A DNA stretch of 64,000 bases from Octopus vulgaris (GCA_951406725.2 OX597827.1:48422001-48486000); one strand, 5' to 3'. Shown: positions 24,268-39,200, counted from the stretch's first letter. Notes: generated by a model from the sequence alone, not told the origin. Numbers and translations are program-made.

Positions 24268-24707
24268 TGCGCAGGAATGGCTGTGTGGTAAGTAGCTTTC
24301 TTACCAACCACATGGTTCTGGGTTCAGTCCCATTGCGTGGCACCTTGGGCAAGTGTCTTCTACATAGCCTCGGGCTGACCAAAGCCTTGTGGGTGGATTT
24401 GGTAGACGGAAACTGGAAGAAGCCCGTCGTATATATGTATATATATATGTATGTATATATATATGTATGTATGTGTGTACATGCTTGTGTGTCTGTGTTT
24501 GTCCCCCCAACACCGCTTGACAACCGATGTTGTTTAGGTGTGTTTATGTCCCCGTAATTTAGCGGTGAGGCAAAAGTGACTGATAGAATAAGTACTAGGA
24601 TAACAAAGAATAAGTCGTGGGGTCAATTTGCTCGACTAAAGGCGGTGCTCCAGCAGGGCCGCAGTCATATGACTGAAACAAGTAAAAGATTAAAAGAGTA
24701 AAAGAGT
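24268..24707 (+). mobile_element. SINE family A
   Basis: Full copy ending in (taaaagag)n. Confidence 0.92.
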
Positions 24708-24992
24708 ATATCTATATGCTAGTAATAGTAATCAGATTGCTTTAAATTCCTCCTACCATATCAAAGAGAGGGGACATGTTGGATAAATGCAGCCATAGCT
24801 ACATAAGGAAATGGGATGTTCACTTTTGGAATGTCTTTGATTATCGGTTTGCTCCATCAATGCTTCCGTGGAAATGAAAGAAAACAATTACAAGATATTA
24901 ATACCCTGCATTACTCTTTTTTACTCTTTTACAATTTTACTTGTGATGGTGTACTATCTCCCTCACTCACTCTCACTCTTTTCATATATATT

Positions 24993-25032
<40 letters not shown>

Positions 25033-25350
25033 TGTGTTTGTATGTATGTATGTATGTATGTATGTATGTATGAATATGTGCATGACAGCCAAACTATCCA
25101 GCAGTGGAGTTGTCACTACTGACGAGCTTTATTATTAATCGAAAATGGACTAGTATAATGATCTCGCTTGCTGTGGAGAGAGTTGTCTCCGCTATCAATG
25201 TATGGATTGTGGCTCCTTGCGGCTCAAAGGGATATTATCTTTTATCATTAGCAATACAGGTACTACCCTCTACCGTCAGTCATATTTAGAGACATTTGAA
25301 CTCTTTGGGACTCTTTGGTTTGATATTGGGTATAGCTGCCTTCGTTATTT

Positions 25351-25391
<41 letters not shown>

Positions 25392-25437
25392 GGAGAGAGA
25401 GAGAGAGAGAGAGAGAGAAAGAAAGAAAGAAAGAAAA

Positions 25438-25589
25438 GCATAGGAGTGGATGTGTGGTGCATGTTGCTCTCCAGCCACCTGGTTCTGGGTTCAGTCCCAT
25501 TCCTTGCACCTTGGGCAAGTGTCTTCTGCTATAGCCACGGTCAGTGTGAGTGGATTTGGTAGACGGAAACTGAAAGAAGCCCGTCGTAT

Positions 25590-25673
<84 letters not shown>

Positions 25674-25915
25674 TATAGATAGTGTGTGTGTATTTGTGTG
25701 TGTATTTGTGTGTGTTTGTCCTTCCCATTACCACTTGAAAACCGGTGTTGGTGTGTTTAGATCGACGTAACATAACGGTTCGGCAAATTAGACCGATAGA
25801 TTCAGTACCAGGCTTAAAAAATAAGTATTGCGGTCTATTCATTGGACTAAAATTTAAAGCAGGTACCCCAACATGGTGGCAGTCCAATAACTGTAACGAG
25901 TAAATGAAAAAAGAT
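25438..25915 (+). mobile_element. SINE family A
   Basis: Full, diverged copy with expanded internal (TA)n. Confidence 0.85.
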
Positions 25916-25925
25916 AAAAAAACAG

Positions 25926-25977
<52 letters not shown>

Positions 25978-26076
25978 GTATACTGTTTATACATCTTTAA
26001 TGTAAAAAAATGGCCTTGTACTCTACCGTCGGTATTCTAGTGATATTTTTCCACCTTGTCTGGTATTTATGTGTGC

Positions 26077-26129
<53 letters not shown>

Positions 26130-26239
26130 AATACCGAGGGTAGAGTAAAGTCTCTATTTATAACTATACCAATATATATGTATGTATATATGTATATTAC
26201 ATATATATATATATATACATATATATATATTTATATCGA

Positions 26240-26428
26240 CATGATAGATCGGTAGCCACTTCACTAATTTTTTCTCTCCTTGTTTCTTTTTTCTGTGTCC
26301 CTTTCTGTTGAAGAGCCTAGGCTCGAAACGTAAAAGACTTTTTCTATTTCTGAGCGTTATACTAATACATCTGTTTGTTTTATACACCACCTGTCTTCGT
26401 CTTTTGTTTTTTCGTGAACTCTCCCTAT
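26240..26428 (+). mobile_element. Hammerhead-bearing short repeat, A6U-core family (motif 26301-26336)
   Basis: CTTT-CTGTTGA-A-GAGC(CTAG)GCTC-GAAAC-GTA-AAAG: all stems intact; starts atgatagatc..agccact like the 45355 copy; embedded in (TA)n. Confidence 0.75.
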
Positions 26429-26711
26429 AAATATATATATATATATACGTGAAAAATACATAGCATATATATATATATATATATATATATATGCTATGTA
26501 TTTTGTAGACATATACGATGTATCTGTGTTCCTATGTGTCTATATACACATATATTTAAATATGTTTGTGTGTGTGTGTCTGAGTGTGTGCATATACACG
26601 CACGTGTATGTTTCTATTTGTACGCATACATTTCTGTATATTGGTTCTCATATTATACACTTACATATTCTTATACAAAAGAGGAAAGCTATTGATTTAT
26701 GTACATATATT

Positions 26712-26765
<54 letters not shown>

Positions 26766-27296
26766 GTAATCAATTCATATACTTAAGGCTGTTGTTTTTA
26801 GTCTTAGATTACTTAAGAAACATTGTGATTGAAAAAAGAAAACCAAACTTATATTGTTTTAGGCTACTTTACAAATAGGAGATGAAAATATGAATAAGCT
26901 CACAGAAATATAACGTATAACATCTTAAACCTTCCTTTCCATCACCTTTTCAATAACCGTAGACCTTCCGACGTAGACTCATACGTACACATACATTGTA
27001 TCGTCAGAGTTTCTAACTTCGTTGATAGAATTACAAAGGTTTCGTTAATCGAATTATATTCAATAGTCTGGGAATTGTCTCAGTAATCAAAACAATTTAC
27101 AAACACCTGCTCTTAAGTCTTGAACGAATGTGTATTAAGTGATTTGATAAAATAGCTTATGAGAATTTTTGATGAGACCACCTTATGCCAGAAAGGAGGC
27201 ATTCTCACTTTAGAAGTGTACAGTTATATGCCTCTATGTATATAGGTGTAAGACAGAGAGAGAGAAAGTACGTTTGTTGCGTGTGTGTGTGTGTGT

Positions 27297-27359
<63 letters not shown>

Positions 27360-27525
27360 TGTGTGTGTTTGTATGTGTGTGTGTGTTTGAACACTTACAG
27401 TTATTACCTATTTGGTGGTAACAACACCTCGCTAATCAATAAACTAATCTTGTCAATGTAATATAACTGTCTCGAACGTTGCTTTACATACAACAAGAAC
27501 AACAATAATAAAAATAATAATAATA

Positions 27526-27560
<35 letters not shown>

Positions 27561-27562
27561 AT

Positions 27563-28490
27563 TATTTATTTGCCACAAGTGCGAAGGATGATGAGGGCAA
27601 TAAAAAAAAGACAGATATAAAGCTTGAGGGTTTACATATAATGCATTGATTTAAAAAGGGTAGAAAGAAATTGAGTATACACAGCATACACTGATAAACA
27701 AAGGACATATGGATAGCAAAAAAAGTTTTAAAAAACAATGTCGGCGAGGATGATAGAGTTGAGACCCTCCTTATACAGGAAGGCCTGTAGGGATAAACGA
27801 GGAACCCCACTGTCCAAGATTTTCCTGAAACCTCAAGAACAAGTGCCTTCTCCATTTCCTTCTCTCCGACTCACAGGTCTGCTCATAGAGAGGCACCATC
27901 CAATCTTACCATTTTCGTAACTTTCTCCCATATTTCAATAAACTCATTCGAGGACAGCACTTCCCTCTCCACCCTCAATGTCCCTTTCAAGTAAAACTTA
28001 AAGAAGAAAACAATGAGACCTCTATCAAAGAGGAATTTATCTGTCCTCATCCCTTTCAGCATTATCCACCAAACGAACGTCTTTCGGCACAGCCACTAGG
28101 CAAGGGAGACTGACTTGCCTGCCCCAATGAATGAGGACGGTGGGGCAATGGTCACTACAGAATCAGCATATAAACGAATCTTTCCCAAACGTAACAGCAG
28201 CTATTCAACATAACCCTATAAGTCAGCAATTTCCGAACACTGAACGATAGCGCGCAGAACGGTTTCGTCACTCAGCGCGCTCCTCGAACAAGCCCGTCTG
28301 ACATCCGTGCCTGTAGAGTTTATCTATTACCAGTAGCGCCCCCCTCCCCACCAGGTAACACTGCCAGACCAAGGACGTTCGGAAATTATCTATGATAGTT
28401 CCCGACCGGAAAGTTCTCCGAAACGGACTAGCTAGTTTGTTCTCGTGAGTGTCCAGTGAACATCGTTGCTCTTCGCCACTAATCCTCTAT
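27563..28490 (-). mobile_element. Tx1/L1-clade LINE 3' fragment (decayed CCHC zinc-finger region plus 3' UTR)
   Basis: Minus-strand translation with frameshifts: SLVWQCY..GALLVIDKLYRHG..ACSRS..SDETVLRAIVQCSEIADL..FVWW..FKFYLKGTLRVEREVLSSNEFIEIW; 3' end ggcaaataaataa. Confidence 0.75.
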
Positions 28491-28525
28491 AAATTTCTCT
28501 ATAAATCTTCTATTTTATAGTGGAA

Positions 28526-28584
<59 letters not shown>

Positions 28585-28591
28585 TGATGAT

Positions 28592-28905
28592 GGTTTCAAA
28601 TTTTGACACAAGGCTAGCAAGTTTAAGAGGGACTAAATCGATTACATCAACCCGAATACTCAACTAGTACATATTTTATCGACCCCGTAAATATGAAAAG
28701 TGAAGTCGACATCGGCAGGATTTGAACTCAGAACGTAAAGATGAACGAAATGCTGCTAAGCATTTTGCCCAGCGTGCGAACGCTTCTGCCAGCTAACCGC
28801 CTTAATAATGATTGGAATTTTGGCACAAGGCCAACATATTTGGGGGATGAGATAAAATCGACCCCAGCTTTGACCCCAGCATTCAGCTACTATTTATTTT
28901 ATCGG
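28592..28905 (-). mobile_element. SINE family D, one full plus one partial copy
   Basis: atcgacccc..gaaagtgaagtcgacatcggcaggatttgaactcagaacgta..ttctgccagct matches the reverse complement of 62985-63210. Confidence 0.8.
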
Positions 28906-28914
28906 ACACATAAA

Positions 28915-29285
28915 GACTAACCACTCTATTCACACAAGAATGAAGACTGCACATGATCATAGAGGACGTAATAGATAGTTTAAGTTCATAGATTTTGCAA
29001 TTTTCAATTATAGAAGAGTCGATACCAATGAAATTGGGAACATTTAGAAATATCAGAACCTATCCAGATATTAGAAGAGACTGTGAAAATCCAAGACAAC
29101 AATTATTCTTGTACTAGTTAGTGCACTTGGCACAACATCCAAAATGCTACCAAAGAGACTGTAACAGATTGGAATTGAAACTAATATTGTCGAGCATCAT
29201 AAAAGTACCATACTATATTCTGGAAGAATCCCAAGGAAGATTCTTGTGTTTTGAGGAGACTTGTTGTCGCCGAATATTGACAAGA
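28915..29285 (+). mobile_element. Dong/R4-like LINE 3' fragment (restriction-like endonuclease domain), decayed
   Basis: Frameshifted translation FIDFAI..RVD.NE....KYQNL..IRR....KTTII.VLVSALGTTSKMLPKRL*QIGIETNIVE.HKSTILYSGRI.RKIL matches the C-terminal RLE pattern; AAT-rich tail. Confidence 0.7.
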
Positions 29286-32200
29286 TAAGAATTGTCACCA
29301 AATAATAATATTGATAAGCGTAGTAGCATCCATAACAGTTGTTACAACAACAACAGCACTAGTAGTGATAATAACAATACTGGTATTACTTTTCCTTTCT
29401 TCGCCACAAGGCTACAATGAATGGTAAATGGTAAAGTGAGATTAGATCGACCGCAGTGTTTGGTAAATCTTTACTCGACTCAATAATTAAAAGGCAAAGT
29501 TAAATACAAGCGTACTTGAACTCTCAACAAAAATAGTTGCCTCTATATACTTTCATGGTAAACATTAGTTCAAACCACAAATATCTGTGGCATGCCAGTC
29601 ATATTTATGACTTGCCTAATAAAAGTACATACCTACACTCTTTAATGACATACGTTTAGGAGAGAAAGAACAAATGTTCCAGTCTGATCAGATAAAGATT
29701 CAATCATTCATGATGCTTAGACGTAATTTATAACGGCTGTGATCTATGTTTTTGCTAACCACCGCCGTTCTGTCTCTCAAAGTTAGCTTTTTATCTGTCT
29801 ATTTCTGAATAAAACTTCTGAAAGTGGCGAAATGTCGTCCCAATTTTTATCCAAAAGGCTTATTTTTATCTTCGCACACCCTCCAGTCGTGTCCGTCGAA
29901 CATCTGTTGCATTTACGTGTCTTGACGTTCTAATGTAAAAAATTTGTTGAGCGTCCTGATAAGGTTAGTTATGCTGAGTATACACTTTTGACTTGTGTAA
30001 CCTAACAACACGGGAAGTAGACACCCTCCACTATTCCTCGCTGCTAACTTAGCATCCTCTGTAGATACAATCTGAATGACAGAATGATGAATGTCTAAGT
30101 CCACGTTGGAACAAACTGGAAATATATCGTAATTGTTAGAAACCTGCTACTACCTGAGCAAATCTGTGAATCTTTTACACTGGTTTCTCATCGATTTCTC
30201 ACACACAATCGCAACATATGCATCTAGCAATGGTTTTATTCATGAATTCATGATATTCCTCTGGTTGCTTTTGTATACTCATGTTGATGCTTTTGTTGGT
30301 ATTGCTACAAGATTAGCATTTTGGTTATGTTGTTTAGCTTGCAGTTGTCGCTGTTATCATTATTCTGACTAGATGTTGTTATCTTTTTTTCTTTTTGCTT
30401 TTTTTTTTCCTGTTTTTATTTGCATCCACGCTGTGTGGCTTACACTTTCATAAAATATAAACACAAAGCTATGTGCAGCTTTTTCACATTCTCCTCAATG
30501 TTTTCATCATAATTAATGAACAAATGATTTAGTTTAATTGGTCTTTGCAAAATCGCTTAGCAAAATCATTCCAAAATAGCTTAGGCATGACTCGTTTCTC
30601 TAAGACAAAATTATATTTAACAATATATATTTTAAGGGGCTCACATTTTATTATCTTCACAATACTACCAGATGCATCTTTTTTGTTCTCTCTTTGCATC
30701 TCTAGTTAGTTTGTTAAATCCCTTCATTCTTTATGAGAAAATAAATTCTTCTCTTCTATCAACAGTCCATTCCAAGATGTCAACTTTTCTAAGCTCACAA
30801 ATTCCCAGTTTCCTGTAAACATAACAAATTCCTTTCCTTCGCCAAAACAAATCTTTAAATGTTTTGAAGTATTCCTTGATACGGGTAGAACTTATTTAAA
30901 TATTGCATTTAAGCAGATCGTAGTGACATTTCCAAGTGATATGATTCAAACGGATGCCATTTTAGATATTCCATGAGCACCAGTAATCTTCTTACAGTCA
31001 TGTCAGTTCGATGCCTAATAAATTATATTCTATGAAAGGATTCTTGCATTCGGTATGCCACGAAAGTTACTATTACGCTCTGGTGCATCACCGGCAGAAG
31101 AAACGTTATAAGACGACACATGTCAACTGATTTTACTTAAAGCTTCGTTCGATTTCATCAAGATTTGGAGGAAGACCAAGGGCATTTATTAACGGAATAA
31201 TGGTTTTGGATGACAAATGTTTTGACATGCTCATTGCAGAAGTTGCACGCAACAAGGCAAATACAGTATGTGTATCAATCTATTAACGGTTACCTTGTAA
31301 CCGAAAGATTTCCTTGATCTTCCAATAAATAAGCTTGTGTAACAGTTCACTACAACTTCAAAGCACGCTGTTTCCACGCGGTAGAAAAATATTGCCTGTA
31401 ATTCATAGTTCATGAAACATGACCAGTAATTTGGTGTCTTCCTTTGTCATTGGCTGCTTTAAATTCTAGACAAACATTTCTTAAAACTCAACAAAAATCT
31501 TTACATATATTCTCAACCATTTACCAAATAGTATCATCCCAAAATTTAGCACTCGCTGTAACGGCTTGAAATTTCCAAGCAATACTTTTAGCCGCCTCGC
31601 CACCTACACCTGCTGCCTCAGTAGTTAATGCATCATTACCAATTATGGTGTACTCTGAGCAATGTATATAGCCTACAATTGAGCCCTTTCTACATATTCA
31701 GTCGTCAAAATATATGTTGCTACATCACAAAATGTAAATTGATCGAAGAAAACGTATTGTTTGATTTGAATGTCACCTTTCATTGTTCCACTACTTTACT
31801 ACAGGAACAACTCTCACTGCACTTTGTACAGCATCATTTTTTTATCTCTACATTCTTCAAAATTGGTGGAAACAATGCGCATGTCTACTTCCTGAAAACT
31901 TAAGGAGACTGACATTTAGGCTTTGTCTTAAATAAACCTTAGATGTGTGTCTATTACTTTTTGAGTTGTAATAAGATTATTGTCCGTATTTAGTAAACTA
32001 TGATATTCTTTATTTATTCTCCTGAATTAGCAATTTTAGCAAGGCTTATAGAATTGCTGTTTTGAGACTGTCGTTTTCATAGAATATCGAATGTGCCTTT
32101 CTGAAGTTACTAGACTGCTAGAAATTCCAACCAAATATCCTTCATACCACTTATCTTAGAAAAGGGAAATAATATAAATTTTAACCCTGTTTGAAAAAGA

Positions 32201-32699
32201 TCAGATAGTCATGGATAGAGCGCTTTAATACTAACTGCACCGAATCAGAATTTCCATGGGGCTAAAAATCAACTTCAACAGATTTATTTGATTCACTGAT
32301 ACCAACGTGCTTTTATTCCGAAAATATCTTTCTAAAGATGTATTATATTAGCGATCAGTATTTATTAAGTAACTGATATTTAATTCATAATCCAAGGAAG
32401 ACTAAACAACACAATCGGATTCAAAATTATTCGAGCACCAAAACCTAAAATGCTGCAACTAAAAACCGCAATACTGTTCGGCCGAATCTCTATGTATTCC
32501 CTTGTTCACAACAGATATGGTATCGATTTTAATAATGATTTCTAATCTATGCACGGAGTCACATATTCTGGGTGGACGGAAGCGTTGATTAATTAGACAA
32601 CAATGTTTCACTGATACATGATTTTATTGATTATAGCATAATGAATGCCAATGACTGGCTTCGTTGAACTGAAATAGCGTACGTAAAACTTTGTAGTCT

Positions 32700-33280
32700 T
32701 AATTACTTGTGTTACTCGCTGGGTCTGGGCAAAGAGGCAGTGACCCTGACCTACGCAGGTTCTCCTGTACCGGTGAGATTAATCTTTCTCTTGAACCTAT
32801 GTAATCAAGAATGCAGAGTTCGAGTAAGAGGAGACTAAGTTTAGTGATAAGCATTGAGCCTGGGCAGTGAATGGAACAAGAGATAGGAAAAGAAGCAAAA
32901 CTCGTGGCCCTATCGGAAATTGAGCGAGGGTGGGTCACCTCTAGCCTGCTCCGAGAGAAGAGTTCATTATAGAGTTCATTTCCAGTAGTAAAGTAGAGAG
33001 AAAATCAGTGCGATTGTAGTCAGAGGTTCGGATTTGTTGGTATGTGTGTTAATGTCAATCAATCGATCAGTCCTTTTCCGGGGGCTGAGATATCTCTATT
33101 TACTGTAGAAGTATCGTCCCAGATTTGAGGTAATAATGTAGTTTGCACTTCATCTGAGCTCTTGTAGAATAACAGTATTAGGGAATGGAAGTGTTTTCTG
33201 GTCTTATGGAACAGGTCAGTTTTTGTGATGCTGTTTAATCTTATCATATTTACATTAGAATATGCTATGTTAAGTAAATA
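32700..33280 (-). mobile_element. Decayed CR1/Jockey-group LINE 3' fragment
   Basis: LFHKTRKHFHSLILLFYKS..V....PQIWD resembles the post-RT L.R....F....LL.LYK..VRP.LEY...IW motif. Confidence 0.5.
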
Positions 33281-34601
33281 TGACAATCACTTGGTCCGAA
33301 AATCGCTCTACTATTTCTGACTTTCGTGTTCGGAGAGTAATCAATGTTTTATTATTTAGCACAGCGAGAAAAATTTGGTAAATTCTGGTGGAACCAAAGG
33401 TGAAAATTTGTTTTAGACAATGGAATGTCAAGACGATGGTGTTAAAGTTGTAAAATACTTAGAGCCCTGGAAATGATATGGGGTAATCAGTTACTGTCTT
33501 TTAATTTTATTTCCCACTAAGGTTATCATTACTTTCCACCATTTTCAGTGTCTAGAAAATAAATGAATGTAGAAAATTAGAAAAATAAATGCTGCAGAAC
33601 AGTTCAAGAGGCCGTTAAGTAACGACCAGTTACCGAACAACGTAAACTTAAAGGAGAACAGCAATTAGCAGAAGTACAACTTGACAATATGTTGCTCCCC
33701 CCCCCATCTCACCAGCAAAATATAAATTTCTATGTACTGAAGCGGTGCTGAACATTGCTGTAATGCAACTGATGTGTCGCATAGCCTTTTCTACCTTACC
33801 TGTCTCCTGTATACATTGCAATTTAAAATATAATATGCAATTTTAAAGTATGCACAAATGAGGTGGTGATGGAGGGGATGATTGAAATGATATGTTTTGT
33901 CATATAAAAATTACAAAATAAATCTTTAAAATTGTTAAATATCAACTGAAAAATATTTAAAAAGAAACAAAACATAAACGTATTAGCTCATTGGATTATC
34001 AGCCGCTGATAGGTCTATTAAGTATTTCATCTAATGGAATATTATCTAGCAAATGTGCATCTGTAATGCAATTCTTTTAGTAAATGTACATCTGTCTGTT
34101 CACAGTGCTCTGTGCATTCCATTTAATTAATATTCATGTTTTTATAAATTGAAATGCATTTAAATGGACTTGAATATGTATGTGTGCGTTAAATCGTTTC
34201 TAATGAAATTTTCGTCTGCTCATTTTTCTTAATTTTATTTTATTTATTTTTTTACCGGGTACTATCAAGATGGCCAACTCAGTGGTGTAGTGCTATATAA
34301 GCAAATAAGATGTTAACAGTTCATTTCTTGTAGACTGTTTGGCTTCTAAAATTTCTCTCACAAATCGAAAATTTATATGTGTTATATATTCATAAATTCA
34401 TGAGAGCTAAGCTCAGTGAAATACACACTGATGACATTGTGTATTTATACTATCGGTTTCAGAAAGGTGATGACGAAATCGTTCTTTGCAAGATTTGAAC
34501 TCCGAACTGACAAGTGATATGTTTAACGTCTGCTCTTCTACTGATTCTGTCACACACTTCCCAAAGCGTGTAAAAGATTCGAGTAGTTGACATTTAAATC
34601 G

Positions 34602-34656
<55 letters not shown>

Positions 34657-34742
34657 CTGGATAGATAGATAACTGGATAGATAGATAGATAGATTGACGG
34701 GTGGATGGATTGATGGAAGGACAGGCAGAGAGGCAGACAGTT

Positions 34743-34783
<41 letters not shown>

Positions 34784-34808
34784 GAGAGAGAGAGAGAGAG
34801 GGAGAGAT

Positions 34809-34841
<33 letters not shown>

Positions 34842-34852
34842 TAGATAGATAT

Positions 34853-34902
<50 letters not shown>
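34602..34902. repeat. (GATA)n tracts with (TA)n and (GA)n
   Basis: Directly visible. Confidence 0.95.
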
Positions 34903-34905
<3 letters not shown>

Positions 34906-36845
34906 CATAAATCTATTTCGTGAGTTAAGGTACATTATGGTTGCTGATTTTGTTATCAGTACTCGACTGGTGTTTATATAATTTATAAGCCCCAGAATAA
35001 TGAATATTTACCAAATTCTGTCCCTTTCCTAAGAGGCTAAGATGTGAATTTGAAGGTTATTCTGGTGATGTAACAGAGTTCCAATTGGTATTCCATGAAA
35101 CCTACAGGTCCAAATATAACGTTGTCGAACTCGGCTAGGCCTAGACTTGGCGCTTAAAGGAAAATAAATTAATATAAGTTGTCCTGCGTTCAAACGCTCC
35201 TGTGACCGTCTGAGTTTAGATATTGCTGCGAATTCCATTCATCTCTATTTCGTCCGTCGTCTCCTTCACACCTCGGAATGTGTGAACTGCAACTATAAAT
35301 CGTTGTTTTCAAGAAACTATTTCATTCTGATCTGTTTAATTTGCTATCCAACACATCAGGTGTTTTAATGATCTCCTCCCCGTTGCAAGTATACGGACCA
35401 CATTTTCAGCAGCTTCCTTGTGTCATATGTCCAGCAATATCCTTCTACCAAATTTGGAGTTCTTGGTAAGCTCCTGAACACTGCCTCTTCTAACAGAGAC
35501 AAAATATAACATTGAAAACGGTTAAATTCATAGTGTAAGCTATTATAAAATAGAAATGCTTAACTGTAATATGCAAGAGTCACTAGTATGATCGGTAGAA
35601 CTACATACATGGCGCCAGAGAACTACAATCAGTCGGAGACAGCTGAATATCTACAGTTTATACTATATCATCACATCTTCGAGGACCAATAAATTTAACT
35701 TGCAATTGAAATAATATTAGTGTTTGAACTAATTTTATATACTCATTACTGTATGAGTATTATTAATTAATTACATTTTTTTTCTCTTCACTAAATTAAT
35801 TGTTATGGCACAGTGTACAGATTGTCCTTGAAGAACTTCCTTAAGTTAATTAATACAGAATGGCTTATTCTAAATGTATCTATGTAGTCATTTCATTGTG
35901 GAACATTAACAACCACAATAGACTATCTCTATACTTCTAACGCTGCTGAAAATCTAAAAACAACTACCAAGGGGGTGAAAATCCAGTAATTGCAACCACT
36001 CGTAATTTGATTGTATCTTGTCGTTAAGACCAATCAGCGAAAGCAAAAGACATGCTTGTATCTTGGAACTCCTCAGAGATACACATTCATCTGCTTCCCT
36101 TTTATAAGGATATTATTATTGGATTTATCTCGCTTCCGTGCCGTTGTAATAGATTCAGCTGTCCTAAAGGGAGATTTTCCTTGGTAATTACATGAATGAA
36201 CATGGTTGAGAGAAAATTTTCCGTTCACAATATATAATCAATCTCTTCAAAGTATATACTTGGTAATTATATCGGTGATTTTTAAAACAACTGTCAAGGG
36301 AGAAAACTGTAATAATTAGAGCCAATTATATTTAGTAGTGATTTATAGTGATTCAAGATCCATTTTGAAACCAGTGAAATAAGTTTGATACAGAAATTTT
36401 CAGAAGTACTTACACACTGGCAAGTTCCTACTACACCAAGTCCCTAAACCGAAAATATCGATTTTTTAGATTATTTGCTTGATTGATTAACTACAATTTA
36501 GACGTTGTGAACGGAACTATTTCTGAATGTGTTTTGTTACTCTAAGATAACCATGACTATGAAAATCACTGGATCGATTCGACGACAGCCGTGGCATTGT
36601 TAGGATGTAACCAAAGTTTCTCTCCGAACAATACAAAATGTATCGAGTTAATTTAAGATAGCTTCGCTACACAAAACGATATCGTTGACCTTTATTGCCA
36701 AATCCGTTGGCTACAAGAAGAAAAAAATTATAAAAAACAATGCAAAAAATCCCTTTACAGACACATGTCTTTAAGCTACATTTATCATGTTTGAGATACA
36801 TATTAAGAATTCTTTCGAATAAACTATTCACACACACACACACAT

Positions 36846-37000
36846 AGTGGCTATGTGGTAAGAAGCTTGCTTACCAACCACATGGTTCCGGGTTTAGTCC
36901 TACTGCGTGGCACCTTGGTCAAGCGTCTTCTACTATAGCCTCGGGCCGACCAAAGCCTTGTGAGGAGATTTGGTAGACGGAAACTGAAAGAAGCCCGTCG

Positions 37001-37072
<72 letters not shown>

Positions 37073-37262
37073 TGTGTTTGTCCCTGCAGCATCGGTTGTC
37101 AAGCGATGCTGGTGTGTTTACGTCCCCGCAACCTAGCGGTTTGACAAAAGAGACTGATAGAATAAGTACTAGGCTTACAAAGAATAAGTCCTGGGGTCGA
37201 TTTGCTCGACTAAAGGCGGTGCTCCAGCATGGCCGCGGTCAAATGACTGAAACAAGTAAAAA
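36846..37262 (+). mobile_element. SINE family A with hairpin micro-inversion variant
   Basis: Full copy; has catcggttgtcaagcgatg instead of the usual catcgcttgacaaccgatg. Confidence 0.92.
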
Positions 37263-38244
37263 AAACAAATATATATATACATATATGTACATACATGTGC
37301 TTGTGTATAATATTTATTTGCATGCGTGTAAATATAAACATACACGAACACGCCCAAGTAAACGGCTTTCGTTGTGTATATATGCTAGCACGAGTGCGTG
37401 TTTTGTAGCTCTTGTTTGTGATATATTGTACGCTGGCGATACTCTTCCTGTTGGCATCTTGGAACAATATGTCCAAGAAAATAAATTATCGCATCTCCAG
37501 AGCCAATTTTACAAGTCTAGCGAAGATTATGCTCATGTTTACACATGCTGTGTAAGAGATATATGTGAGAGTACATACACTTGTCTAATGGACTATAAAG
37601 ATATAATGCATTCTTTATGGAAGTGACAGCACTATCACATGGGTTGCATCACTAGATTCCGAAATACGTACAAACAATACCTGAGCAACATTTGTATCTG
37701 ACAGAGAAGCGCAGAAAAAGGTAAACTGTGTCGGCTTGGAAGACGGTCTCCTTAAATACCATTTTTGATGGGTTGATTACATCATCGAATTTAATGATGT
37801 TATGCTTTCGGGAGTTATGAAGAATAAATTATCTATATGCAGACAATGAAAACAGCCTTGATTCCTTGAACATCAGCATAGATTATTAGGAATATTTTGC
37901 GGCGATCAGTCTAAAAGGACGAATAATACCTGCTGTTTATAAACATCCGAATTTCCCATTATAAACATCCGAATTTCTGCTGAACTTTGAAGTTTTTGAT
38001 GAAAGAGAGGGGCCAAAGATAATTCTGCCAGCGCACTCCATGGATGTGTTGGTCGTTCAAGAGCCGAAATTGTTACCCACAGAATATCACATATTTGTAG
38101 ATCAACACGGGTTGGTTATATGCTCACAACTCCATAGGCATAAATAGTGTACAACTGTCCTTTATGTCCAAAGGTAGACTGACAATCATTTTTGACAGAT
38201 TGTGAAAGCAGTAAGGTGTTAAATGACTTAAAATCAACAAAAAT

Positions 38245-38802
38245 CCAATTTTTCCCCTCTTCCACTTCAGGGACGATACAATCTGGTGCCAACAAATTAG
38301 TAAAGAAACTCTCTTTATTACAAAATACAGACTACTTCAGAACGCGTCTACGACAAACGCCGTATCCACATTGGCCTTAGAATAGTACAAATACACACGC
38401 GAATATTAAAAATGATACACTCAAGAGATTCCCAAGAATTCATTAAAAAACAGTCCCAATCACTGCTATAATCCATAACGAATCAATTTTAAGTCATTTA
38501 ACACCTTACTACTTTCACACTACGTACATTCATTCTTATTCTCCCTTCTCTTTCTTCTTCTTCTTCTTCATCTTCTTCTTCTTCATCTTCTTCCTCTTCT
38601 TTTTTTCTTCTTCATATTCTTCTTCTTCATCTTCTTCGTCTCTTTCCTTCTCCTTCCTAACTTTATCACTAATGCTTTTTAGAATAACACCTACACAACT
38701 TCTATAAACAAAACTTTCAAAAGAAATATTTTCATGAATTGACTGCTATCATCCACTGACCATTCAAAATACTACTATCATGGCACACCGAAATTCTTCT
38801 TC

Positions 38803-38834
<32 letters not shown>

Positions 38835-39200
38835 CTTCTTCTTCTTCTTCTTCTTCTTCTTTTTCTTCTTCTTCTTCTTCTTCTCCTCCTCCTCCTTCTT
38901 CTTCTTCTTCTTCTTCTTCTTCTTCTTCTTCTTCTTCTTCTTCTTCTCCTCCTCCTCCTCCTCCTTCTTCTTCTTCTTCTTCTTCTTCTTCTTCTCTACC
39001 AAGAATTCACAACGAGCTCGAAGGCACAAGAGTAAACAAGAGAGACAGAAACAGGCAGAAACAAGGAAAATGCCACTTGTATTTGAACACTATACAAATA
39101 TTCTTTTAAAAAAAACTTTTCTTTTCATTTTTCTAGAGATTTATTAATTATTATATTGTTAGTTGAAAAAGTCTAAATTACTGAAACCGGTGCTGAAATG
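38245..39200 (+). mobile_element. Penelope-like element 3' end 1: GIY-YIG C-terminal remnant, (TTC)n-rich UTR, hammerhead-like motif 39159-39196
   Basis: 38248 onward translates IFPLFHF..QISKETLFITKYRLLQN, aligning with IFPFYQ..RLNKETFFIEKYKHRLN of the next element; motif TTAG-TTGAAAA-AGT(CTAAATT)ACT-GAAAC-CG-GTG-CTGA. Confidence 0.55.
38795..38995. repeat. (TTC)n/(TCC)n microsatellite
   Basis: Directly visible; a second tract lies at about 38545-38640. Confidence 0.95.

Noticed and set aside
35030-35480. Possible RTE-like LINE relic (minus strand)
   Set aside because: Only vague similarity; cannot be supported without a search.
37700-38200. Possible Tc1-like transposase relic (minus strand)
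   Set aside because: Motif matches are too short and fragmentary.
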